Source: Klebsormidium nitens
Taxonomy: Eukaryota > Plantae > Klebsormidiophyceae
Direction: 5' to 3'
Length of the DNA stretch: 64,000 nucleotides
Assembly: GCA_000708835.1 (NCBI GenBank)
Contig: DF237220.1
Span: forward strand, 52,507 to 116,506
The notes under the pieces: model-generated
Seen by the model: only the letters and a program-made list of their open reading frames with translations
What the model was told of the DNA's origin: nothing
Databases searched by the model: none
Program-made: the position numbers and the translations under genes
Shown here: in pieces, positions 1-12,000 of the stretch
Layout: the number at the start of each line of letters is the position of its first letter
How positions within the stretch are numbered: the stretch's first letter is position 1

Positions 1-257
1 GTTATGCAGGAAAGGAACTCTGTCAGATGAGTGCGGATCAAACCTAAAAAAGCCAGGCATGGGTAGAAAGTGCTTCGTCCTGCTTTAAGTATTCATGTTC
101 TCTTGAAGTTGATATGGCAGTCTATACTGTCTGCATGAAACAGAAAGTGGAGAGCCAGCTGCCCTTGACAAAAGATGGACAGCTATGATGTCCGCGGTGC
201 TGCCTCAGTGACGTACTTCTGTGTATCCTCACATTGCCTCATGTATCTTCTTTGCAG

Positions 258-3200
258 CTCCCTCCGGTCTGCGCCACCTGATTGGTGCTTACAGTGAGGA
301 TGAAGAGGATGAGGCATCTCCCCAGGAAGAGGCAGCAGCGCCAGCTGGAGCACCAGGAGAAGACGTGGATGACAAGGTGACCCACAGCGGCAGCGGACTT
401 TTGCTTTCTCAGTGGGAAATATGCGCTAAAGTGTGGCACGGCTGGTGCTGAAGAAAGTCCGTCTGTCGAAAGGGTTGCCTGGCTCAGACTGGCGCAAAAA
501 GACTGGCTGTTTGAGTGGACGTTTAAAAATAAGGCAGCGTGTAGCTGTAAGAAGCCTTTGAAATGGATTCTTTCGTCAGTCTCCCTTTCGTTCTTTGCTC
601 TTTCAGGTCAAGAGCTTTCTGGCGGAGCTTGAGACGGACGGGCTTCTGGAAGAAGGCGAAGAAGCGGCTGTGGAGGAGGACCAACAACCGACAGAAACGG
701 GCGGTGTAACGTCAGACCATGATTCAGGGGCGGTGGCTCTTGGACACGAGGTGCAGAGAGCGGGGGGCGCTGGCGCAGGAGAGAGCGAACGTGATGATGG
801 GGAGGGGGAGGACGAGTTTGTGGAGGAGGGCTGGCAGGCCATCCTGGACCCGGGGAGCGGAGAGCACTACTACTGGAACACGCTGACGCTAGAAACGACC
901 TGGGACAAGCCCAGGACGATCAAGCGCAGGCGCGGGGGTGACCCGGCACTGGCCCCGCAGGATGAGGCGGGGGACGGCAGCGGAGTCGCTGCAAGTGTCG
1001 AGCCAGGGGAAGCCGGACAGGGGGGCCAAGTGGAGGAGCAGGAGCAGGGTGGGGAGACGCAGCCTGAAGGCCCTTCCGTACTAGAGACGGGCAGGGAGGA
1101 AGGCAGTGAGGGTGGGCTGAACACTGGTGAGAAGAAAGGACGGCTCTTGGAAGGAATCACTGCAGAAGGTTTGGGTGCGGACAGGGAGGAAGGGGACGCT
1201 GCTGGCCCTCTGCCATCGAAAGAGGATGTTCTCGAAAGTGTGCCCAGCACCGCAGAAACAGATGGTGCCGTGACACAAGGAAGGGTCTTGGACGACGAAG
1301 CGCTCCCTGCGGTCCAGAGAAAGGTCGTAGAAGTTGGGGCCACTTCTGATGAAGCCATCGATTCTGGGGATACCTCAGAAGCATCCGACAGCGAGGATCA
1401 AGTGGACGAAGATGGTCATGCAGCGGATGCTAGAGAGGCAGGGCCTCAGGCGAGGGGACAGGGGAGCACAGGGGAGCGCGAGCGGGTCCCTGGGAGTGTG
1501 GTTCGGGATGACGAGAAGACGAGGAGCGAACAGGAGGAGCTGGTCAGCGGTCTTCTGCAAGAAGGGGCGGCACTGGTGCGGCGCCTGCAAGAGCGAGCAG
1601 GGTAAGTGGCGACTGAAAGATTCTGCCTTTCTATGTGATGACAAAATTGAAGTAGAATTGTTTGCCAGAAGTTTCTCCTACTTGTGATAACGGTTGGCCG
1701 CTTCTGTGGCAATTGGTCTGTGGGCTCTTTGGACCTTACTAGTTTGTTTAGGACGGAAATATCTCTTTCCTTACCAAAGCCTGCACTCGTGGGTCTCGAG
1801 TCACTGGCAACTCAGGACCTCTCTCTGAAGGCAGGGATATGCCACTCTCCAGGAGCTGCCTCCTTGTGGATTTAAGCTCTGTCCGTTTGTTGTCTTTCTC
1901 CAAACACTCCACCCCGAATCGAGAACTGATATTATACTCGTATGGTGAAATCGAAGAATGTTCTGCGTGGCTCAAAAGACAGTTAATTAAGACTCGGGCC
2001 AGCCGCAGATGTCGTCACATTTGATGTCAAACACGAAGTCCTTGGTTTGGTTCCTCCCAGCAGGCCGTCTTTAGCGCATGTCTCCCCGTTGGCGCGCTTG
2101 GCCATCCAGGCGGAGACGGTGTCCTCTCTGGCGTTGAAACTGCAGACCGCCAACAGTGCAAACACGATTTGGGCCCGCATCTGTGAGCAGCTTTTGCTTC
2201 TCTCTGCGCGTGCCACCGAAATGGAGGGCATGGCAGAGGGCGGGCGTGGTACTGGCCGCACAGAAGGAGAGACGCAGGGAGGCTCTGATGGGCCGCACAC
2301 GGACGAAGAGATTGAGGCGCTGCTTGAAGACGTGGAACCAAACAGGGAAGAAAACTTCAGGGATCGAGAGACACGGCCAGAGAGCTCCGGAGCCACGGGC
2401 ATGAGGCTGTTTCCGATTCCTTATCGGGGCGTGCCACTCACGGGAAGTAGTGCTGGAGAGGGAAGTACAAGCGGGATGACTCCAGAGGTTGGGTCGGCCC
2501 AGCTTGGTGGGCAAGAGGAGAGAACGCCGTCAAAGGCTGAGCTGTTGCAGAGAAAGACGGCAGACCTGCAGAAGCGGATGGCTGCCATCCAAGCGTTCAA
2601 GACGCCCGCGAGCGAGCCCCCAGCCGAGGCCACCGCCTTGGTTGGGCTTGCCGGCTACGGGTCCGAGATGGAGGATGGGGAGATCGCACCCTCGGACGAG
2701 GCCCCCACCTCGGAAGGTGCCAGGCCCGCCAGCCGCAGCGGCCGGTCAGAAAAGCCGTCGGGGGAGGACGACATGGGGATTGATAACACCGAGGGGCGGC
2801 CAGAGGCCGGGGTGGGTGCGCCGGGGCAGCTCCGCAGCACGCTGCAGCAGCTGCTGGCGCTGGGGGCCTCTCTCCACGAGCAGTCGGGACAAGGGGCTAC
2901 CAGGGGGGTGGGGACTAGTCCTACCCCACCGCCAGGGGCTGCTGCCTACCCCGAAGCGAGTCTCTTCACGCCCCAAAATCCGTATCCGAACCCGCCCCCG
3001 ATGCCGTATAACGGGGCGGAAGCAGCGCCTGAGCCACCGTCGTACGACCCTTTTGCCGAGGCCCACCCCCCGCCGCCCCCAGCCAGCCCTCCACCCGAAG
3101 ACACGTGGCCAGCTCAGCCGCCCTTCCCTCCCGAAGAGGCGTTGCTTCTGGAGCCTCAGCCCCCTCTCAGCATAGTCGAAGCTGCGGTGGTCCCCGTAGT

Positions 3201-5443
3201 GGAGCCTCCACAGGTGCAAGGCCCCGTTCTATTCGCGCCTCCAGTGCGTGTGGCTCGGCCGTTGGAAGCGGTGCCGAAAGTAGAGCAACCCAAATCGGTC
3301 GCCGAAGCAGCCGCGGCAGCAGCAGGAGCAGCAGCGGGCTCGCGAAAGGGTGAGCGAATATCTCGAAGGGGCTAGCTACCGCTGGTGTTTCCATGCACGC
3401 ACCGTTCGGATGGGATCAGGAAGGCCGCTTCCCCATCATGGAGGCCTCCTAATGGAGGGGCTGCCATGCTGGTCCTGGTTGGTTCGGCCGTTTAGCTGGT
3501 TCGTCATTGCTCCCTTGAAGGGTCTATTGCAAACTGGCTGATGACAAGGGCCCGACTAGCTTCTGCTCTCTTGCCGAAGTGTTTCCTTATTCGACCTCGT
3601 GTTTACCGTGCAGCCAAGCCGAAGAAGCCCGCATCTGCTCCTGTCGGGCGGGGGCTGTCCTCCGCCAAGAAGGTGTCGTCGCTCATGGACAAGGTGGGCC
3701 GTACACCCTGCCACCACGGGGTGTTGAACAAGATTGCCGGCGTCAGCCGGAGATCTTGCTGCATTGCCGTTTCTTATGCTGGCAGGCTCTGAAGAGTTGT
3801 TTCGGCAGCTTTACCGAAAGACACTATCATTGCGATCCGAAGCCGTCTTAATATCGTCAGCAGCCTTCGCATCATACTTCCTGCTTTCAAACGAACTTAA
3901 GGCAGATTTGAAACTGTACATGTCAACCTTTGAAGGTGCTGAGGCAAAGGAGCTCCTCGCTTCAGTGTTTGGAGGCACAGTGACTGTCGTCATATGTCTG
4001 TAGACGATATTACGGGACCCCTCGTTCATTTCCCCCATGTTTCGGGTGCAGTGGAAGGCGGCGGCCCAGGATGCGCAGCCCCGCAAGGAGGGCCCTCTCT
4101 CTGCTGAGGAACTGGAGCGGCAAAAGGCCGCGGAGCTCGAGGTGAGGCCGCAGCCGGCACAAGGAAGGAAGCTAGCGCCTAGGTGCCAAGAGCATCACTG
4201 TGCATTGTGCCCTACTGACTGGCCGGATTTGGCAGCTGTCAAAGGAGGCGGTTGCTTTCCACGCGACGTTCGCCACGTTTATGTTCGATACGAGCCGTCT
4301 TTCCGACGGTTGTCGTTTGTTTGGCTTTGTTCCTCACTTCCACCAGTACGGTACGATCTTCTGTTTGGTCCTAAGCGACCCCGTTTGCGTCTGTCCTCCA
4401 TTGGCCTCTAAAGGCTGAAGAAACCGCTTTGGACACCTACGACGACAAGACTAAAACCGAGGAGGGAACAGGTAGTCACCTGGTTGCTCTGCCCGCAACC
4501 TTGCAGGAGTGGAGGCGGCAGCAGATTGCCAGCGGGGAAGCCGATAAGAACGCCAACTTTGCGCCAGTCGAAGGGGACTGGTGAGAAAGCACTCCGCGTG
4601 TAGCATCCGGCATCCTACTCCCTCCTGTGTTGGCGCGTGCTTTGAACGAAAGCCTTCACTTGTTACGCATCCGCTTTGTTCGTGATGCTTATAGCACTCA
4701 CGAAGCTACTGAAGGCAGCGAATCCAGTTTCCTGGGCCCGCGCGTTGGTGCAAAGTAAGCTGATCACACGTGTGCGATCACATTCAGAGTATTGCTGTGC
4801 TACATTTTTAGACAAAGAAGCATTTGTCCTTCTTCCTGGACCTTGTATAAGCTGGTAAAGTTCCTTGGTTGCAGGCGGAAGCGCGTGAAGAAGGCGCAGA
4901 AGCAGGCCGAGAGGGAGGCGCGCCAGGCTGCGGCTCCCAGCGTCAGTCCGCCGCACGCGGACAAGCCCGACCTGGCGGCTCTCGCGAAAGGGCTGCAACC
5001 GGGCTGGCAGGTGAGCAGTCCCGCCGTTGCCGGTGCTTGGCTACCGAACCGTATTCTGCTTCGCACTACACGTTCACTTCGTTGATTGAGGTAGCGCGAG
5101 GGTGATGGCGTGTCAAAGATGTGCAAGCTGTGGCGAGGGTGGGGAAGCTCGGCAGCACTTCAAGTGTGCAGCGAATCATCTGCTCAGGTTTGCGGGATAA
5201 GAACGGAAGCTTGCCTGGCGTTGCTCTTGCGACGTTGTCGGAAAGGGGAAGGCCAACGGAATCTGCCTCTTGGAGTTACGACTCAAGGGTTGATGTCTGA
5301 GTTCCTTTCACATCTTCGACGATTGCAACGGACTCAAGCGTCGCTTCTTCCTGCTGCAGCCGTTCTTGGATCCAGGCTCAGGTGACGTGTATTACGGTAA
5401 CCTGCGAACGTCCGAGACGACATGGACAAGGCCGGCCGGGTGA
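258..5443 (+). CDS. WW-domain protein, formin-binding protein 4-like (plant type); 5' end lies outside or upstream of the resolved region
   Basis: Approximate exons: 258-376, 607-1601, 2061-3349, ~3613-3693, ~4051-4141, ~4508-4581, ~4874-5010, 5360-5443, all GT-AG. WW1 is GWQAILDPGSGEHYYWNTLTLETTWDKP. WW2 is split by an intron: GWQ|PFLDPGSGDVYYGNLRTSETTWTRP. The blocks KKVSSLMDK|WKAA and EWRRQQIASGEADKNANFAPVEGDW match the C-terminus of plant FNBP4-like proteins as recalled. Confidence 0.8.
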
Positions 5444-5475
5444 CACGTGACTTGCGGGTAGCCGTCCTTGACATT

Positions 5476-5540
5476 AACTGTCGGTCCGACTCGGAACTGT
5501 CGGAATTGGAATTGTACGTCGGAACTGTCGGAAGTTGGAA
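5476..5540 (+). repeat. Short direct repeat in the 3' flank of the WW gene (TCGGAACTGTCGGAA x2)
   Basis: Exact 15-bp copies at 5491-5505 and 5519-5533, plus a partial AACTGTCGG at 5476. Confidence 0.7.
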
Positions 5541-6008
5541 CTCACGTCGCTGTAGCTGGCCGTACTTGCACGATGGGTGTGACGTCCAAAATCCTGTACT
5601 ACCTAGGCTGTAGAGCTAGGTCCTAGTCCTCGCTCAAATATGTACCTACAGTGATTTTATTGTCACTGTCAGTGTCAGTATTCGATGTCAACAGCACTAC
5701 TTCTGTTGGCTGGTTTCCGAGTTCGCGCACTATGTTACTATATACCATAAATAGAAGCGAACTTGTCTTACCTAGCGTCTTGCTTCGTCTTCTTGGTAGC
5801 TGTTGCTCAGCTCTTGTTGATGAGCTCGTGAATGTTGGTGAGACTGGGTCCTAGCAACTCGGAGGACTCGGGAGCCGCTTTCCCAGCTGCCCGGGTACAT
5901 TGCAATCACATTGCAGAGGGAAATCTCCCCCAAAGCCTCCTTCAACCTTGTCGAAAGAAGCAAGCCTGCGGCAACAAGTGACGGATTCATTCAGAGATTC
6001 TGTGCAAA

Positions 6009-9000
6009 ATGGGCAACTGCGCCTGTGGCGCAAATGGCGCCAACGAGCGTTTTCTCAAGGAGCAAGTTCCTAACACCATAGCAAGTCTTTTTGAGTCGTA
6101 TGCTGGCCGAAAGATAGCTCTTTCCGTGCAGGACTTGCAGCAGGTTTTGATAGACCAGGTATGCGACCTTTCCCAATTCTGAACACTTGCAGAGGTCTGC
6201 ATGTCTGCACATGACTTCTTGAGGAGGTCTGCATTTTACTATATGTGGTGCAACATCATTCTGCTCAGCCTTTCTATAAAGCTTTCTGCAGGTTTAAAAT
6301 ACGTTTAAAATGTATGCTAGTCGTAGCTAGTCGAATGGACTTTATTGGGAAAACGTCCTTGTTTCCTCAGCCTGCTAATGCAAGCCAACATGAAGCAATC
6401 TGGTCCATCTATACAAGGACAATGAGACTCTCAGGCCACAGAAAACCCCAGCCATGTTCTGCAGAGGATCAACAATTCAGAGGCCCATGCGCGGCAGCTG
6501 ATAGTAAAGCACCGGAAAGAAGTAGCATCGGGCGGGAAAGATGCCCTGGAACTGGAGCTACCAGGCTTTGCCTCTTTCCTTCTTGATGCAGACGTCAATG
6601 CACTCCAGGATTGTGACAAGGTTGGTCAACTGGCAAACAACTCAGCTTCTTTTCACAGTGTGTCAGGTCTCTTGCATTACACACCTCTCAGCAACTAGAT
6701 ACCTCTTGTGGCTGGGGGGGCTTATCATGCGGCTTCATAGCACTAAAAAGCTGTTCAGGTGGGCCTGCTTTTGTGCTTAAAGAATAGGATGCCATAAATA
6801 GTTGGACCAATTATCTACTGCTCATCAAACATGGGTCCAACTTAGTGCGACTGTGTCAAGCTCAAGCTCAGCACTTATATTTGATCTCACCAATTTGACA
6901 CCAACTTGACCAAGCAACCCTGACGTTCACGAGAAGATTGCAGAATCGTTTAAAAGACAAGAGCGCTGGTGCAGCACCTATGTGTCAATTGAACAACCCC
7001 CTACCTTGCAGTCTAGCTTTGACTTCCTTAAGCAAAATCTATGCCCTTAATTCCATTGAAATCTCAGGCCTTCTTTAAGCTGTGATGGTTTGTTCTCTGC
7101 GGTAATATCAAGCTGCTCAGCAATTGAGGAATGCCCCTTTCCCAACTTTCCGTCTTCTTCACAAGTTGAGTTAGGTAAGCTACTTCCCTGCATCCAAACA
7201 TTGCTTGATTATTTCTGTATCCTTTTTGCAGCTTACCGTACACTGCCTGCTGAGATTAGCAGTCATCAAAGCTTCAAGTCTGACAACAATTTGCTTTACC
7301 AAAGATCTTCAGTACAGTCCTTCCTGAAGCTTTCAGAACAGCTTACATGGCTTTTCGTACCCCTTCTACCAAAGCAGTTCTGGTAAGAAAGATGACATGT
7401 GCATTGCTTTCATTCACTGTCCTTGAGAGCCCTTTCCTTCAATTATGTACCCGATGTTCTCAAAAAATGTAGTGCAGAAGCCTTAAACTGCTGGCTCGTT
7501 GGACATGTGACACATGGGCCCATACAGGGAAGAGAGAGTCAAAACGTGGAGTCCTTGAGCCACCTCACCTCTGAGCGCTTGAATCATTATCTTAAGCCCA
7601 TCATCACATTCTCCAGGTTACGAACAACATGCACCAGCCCCTCCCACAATATTTCATTCAGTCTGCCAGCAGAGCAGTTGAGGCGGCTGGAGGTACCGTC
7701 GCCAGCACCCTTCTTGAGGCCTTGAAGGGAGGTGCCCGTGTGGTCGACTTGGAAGCGCGAGCAGATGGGGAGGAGATCAAGCTATCCACTGGTGGAATGT
7801 AAGCTCACCCATCGGTCATCTGTTTATTACAAGACATGGAAGGTGCCTTTCCAGGTCTCTTGGCATGTCAAACGTGTCAGAGGGCAAACAGGAGGATTGA
7901 CCGTGGCAATGACTGGTTGTGATGCAAATCCTGTTTATGGGCTCGAGAAACAGTATATGTCAAGGTGCTCCCCGAGTCCTCATGGGTATGTTTCGCCTTG
8001 ATCTGTAGAGTGTTCTTATTTTCCTTGAGTCAGCAAAGATACTTTGGCCAAGCGTCGCAAGACAAAAGCCAAAGCTAGATCAAAGGGTTCGCCCGTCTGC
8101 CAATTCGATTTCTTTGAAGCTTGTATCCTTGCATGCTTGCATGAGCTTGAATTTTGACAAAAGCTCCCGTTGGTGCTGCAATAACTTGCTCACAACACTC
8201 TCCGCAGCTCAGATATCTGTAGGCGATCACTCGGGACCAGCCCTCGCTTCTTGACTATGTCACTAGAGAATTGTCATCAACATCTCCTCAACCTTGCGAT
8301 TACAATTTCTGCAGCACTGCTCCCATACATGAGTTGCTGACTGCGGTCAAGGAGGGGGCGTTCTTGGCGTCAGACTTTCCTATCATCCTCGTGATCGAGA
8401 ACCGTCTCTCTGCACCGCTGCAGGATCTCTTAGCTCAGGTGTGTTTTGCTAAGGAGTCGAATGGGCGTGCTGGCACTTAATATTTGATCTTATTCAATGC
8501 TCTCAAGTGTCAATCTCTGATCCTCCATCTGGACCGAGCTCTTTACAGGCTGCTTAAAACCTTTTCTTATCTAGCAGGAACCTGATAATTTGTAAGTGGA
8601 TTGGACATGTCGCGGCATTAGTCAAGGACAGACTGTTTCTCAAACGTCAGCAGCAGGTATTGGTGCACATGAGATTTGATAGTCCTCCTGTAAGCAGCCT
8701 TTTCATTCTGTACAAGATTGTTGTATATGCACACGCAGCCAAGAGCGAAAGGGATCCCTTTCAAATTGCTGTTGATCGAAGCTGCAGTGGTACACCTGTT
8801 TGATTCAAGGTTCCCATTGCTTTCCTGCAGCAACTGAAGGACATTTTCGGCGAGTCGCTTTTCACACCCCCCAGTGGGACACCGGGCGCTGTTCTTCTCT
8901 CTCCGAGTGACCTAATACGGAAGGTCGTGATTGCCGAAGTGGCTACTGAATCACCGCCAAACGAGGCAGGCTCCGCAGCCGTCACCCCCAACAGCGTCCT

Positions 9001-12000
9001 TCCTCTGGCCGGCGCCTCTTTCATCGATCTGGACGACATGCAAATCAAGGGTAATAAGGGTGTTCCTCTATGAATGACATCATGAGGACACAACTCTGGG
9101 GCTGTACTTCATCATGAAGCCTCGACCGCATGCCTGGTTTCTGTGAGGCTCTTCCCTTGCTGCAATTTTCTGTCGCCTCCCTCTTCTGCATGAATTTGAG
9201 AGAGCGTCTGGGCTCTCCTGGATAATCCTACCGGACGTTGGCTGGCTGGATCCATTGTAGGACGATCCAAGAAGTGCTGCCCTCAGATGACTCTACTCCA
9301 AATTGAGCTCCACAGAGTTACGCTGGCGGTGGATCTCACCATCTAAATGACCAGCCGTGGTCTCTGGGAGCCTCTTGTTGTTGCCAGCTTGCCTGAGACA
9401 TTTCGCCGCCGCGTCTTCTGCAGCAGACAAGCGAGTCGGCACACAGAGACAAGCGGCAGCTTTGCTTGGTCAAGCTGATTCCAAGGAAGAAGGCAGCTTC
9501 TCACCGCTGGTCTACATCCGGGGCCTTAAGGCGTCGGAACCAACCCACTACGCTGAGAAAGTTGGCACCCTAGCGAGCCTGAGCGAGGCTTCTTTCTCCA
9601 AATTGGCGGGCTCGACTCCTTCGGTGCTAGCCAAGTAAGCAGGGGCTTTCGAGGTTGCGGCGGTGCCTGCAACTGTGGCAGATGTAGCAATCAAACACCT
9701 TGAAGCAGCTTGCATGGATCTGAATGTGTTCGTCCACTTATTTGGAGCTGAGTTCTGACCGTTTGAACGTCCTCAGTCACAGGCTTAGACGCTGCAGATG
9801 CAGACTCCCTTTATCACCGAAGTGAAGAGACCGCTGAGATGAATGTTCGTTCACTTTTCCTTGTAAACGGTGACGAAGAGCTGGTCCAAGCCATGCTTTT
9901 CTCGTTCTGTCCAAGTTTGGCATTGCAAAGGTTTCAAGCCCTGCTCATCTTCCTCTGACCTGACCTGACCTGCCCTCCCCAATCCGACAGGTACGCCGCA
10001 AACAATCTGATCCGCGTCTATGGTCCTAATGGAGAGACTGGCTTCTCTGGCCCCATGAAGGCCTGGTCCTACGGAGCCCAAATCGTGGCCAGCGATACCA
10101 AGGTGCCTGTCAATCAGTCCCCTTTCCTACGGTAGGAGTGGCCAGGTTACTAGAACTCGTTCAGCTCGTATCCACTGCCATGCCCTGTTCGTTTCGCATG
10201 CAGCAACTCTTTGGTCGTCTTCATCATTGCAAAGATTGGTTGAGTGACGCACATTACCAGCTTTCAGTCTGCCCCACCTGGACCAAATTCTGTATCAGAC
10301 CCAGCGCCTCTGACAAACAACCGTCTTCAGGCTGAGTCGAGGAGAAAGACAAGTGTGAGTCCGCCTCTATTAGTCTGAGACTGTGTTTTGACAGGCGCAC
10401 AAAACACATGCAGCTACGCCAGGAAACGCGGAGACAAGGAAGAAGTGGAGAAGACGTGTGGTTGAAAGGCGTTCATATCTTCATTACAGTGTGAATATAT
10501 CGTGTGATGGATAATCAACCATGTCATAAGTCATACTCCTCTTGCGCAGGCGGGCGGAAGGCAGCAAATGCTCCAGCAGGGCTTCTTCTCGGCCAACGGC
10601 GGTTGCGGCTACGTGCTGAAGCCTGATATGTTGAAGGCGGGCCCGAGCATGGGAGCCGCCGTCGATGGCGCTGCCTTTGATCCCAAAGCCAAAAATCGTG
10701 TCAAAACGACGCTCAAGGTGCATATCTTTCACACGTGATGCGCATTTTTCTGAGAGTGTCAGCAGCTTTCTCAGCCGCCCACGATACGATCTGCTTCTCA
10801 AAGAGCTCAAATTTGCTCGGGGATCGAAGAGGCACAATTTTCGCATCTGGTACATGGAAATGAGCCTTTCAACTTTCAGTGTGACGAGTACCCACGGTCA
10901 AAAATTGCCCTTCTCAATTCAGCGGCGGGACACCGTGAGGCAGTCTGCGAGGTTGAGGGCACGCTGAGTGTTTGCAAACTAGCTGCAGGCGCTCGAAAGA
11001 AGTGCTGGGAGTTCTCATGATCTGATGATCAGGTTACGAGATTACATGATCAGCCGCGTCGATTTCGTACGAAGAACTCAGAAGATCGACGTTGACAGCG
11101 CTCTAGACTGGTGATGTTCCATTTACACGGAAGTTTTCTCCCAAGACAAATCAGCGGACGCTCTTGCGATGCACCCTTTTATTTTTGCATATCAGCAATC
11201 TGAATTTGCAAGAAAAGTTCTTGAAACGCGCTTTTATTACCCAGCTATCATCTGAATTTTACGGCATCGAACCCCTCTAGCGGGAACTTGCTGACTGCCG
11301 TATACCCAAACTGTGAGCTCTGCCAATCATTTGATAAGTCTCATCTGACGTGGCGGCATTGGCGTTGCAGGTCATGATAGTTTGGAGCCAGTCCGACCAG
11401 ACTGCAGGGCGACCCGACACGTTCGTACGGGTGAGCCAGGATACCGCGGGCGTGCTTTGGATGCAGACAATTTCCATCTCCATGATCGCGGCAGCCGGTC
11501 TTCGAAAGACAATCTGTTTGGGATACATAGGATGAAGAAGTGTCGGAGAAGATGCATGCGGAGCACAAGGTTGCAACCACCTGACGGTTTCACAAGCACA
11601 CGGCGACAGCCCTAAGGGGATTGCCTCAACCCCCAATGCTTAATCTTTCACTGGACGCAGCGAATCTAGTTTCTCAAATTGGTCTGGCTTTGCTTCGCAA
11701 AGCGGGGATCCCACTCTGCAGCTACAGTACGTATTCTCTTTCCGGGTGATCGTTTCCATATCCTTCTCGCGCGGCGTTTGGAGATTCAATCGCCAGATGT
11801 GATGCAAAAAGCGATCGTCCCGTACCAAAGTTGAAAGAGAACGTGCCACTGTCATGGTCGCAGGTTACAACGCACGGAGTCCCTGCCGATCAAGGAACGT
11901 ACGACACCACGTCGTGGTCGGATGACGGCAAGCCCGCCGCTTGGGAAAGCGAAGAATTTCACTTTCCGCTGACCGTCCCAGAGCTGGCGCTTCTTGCAAT

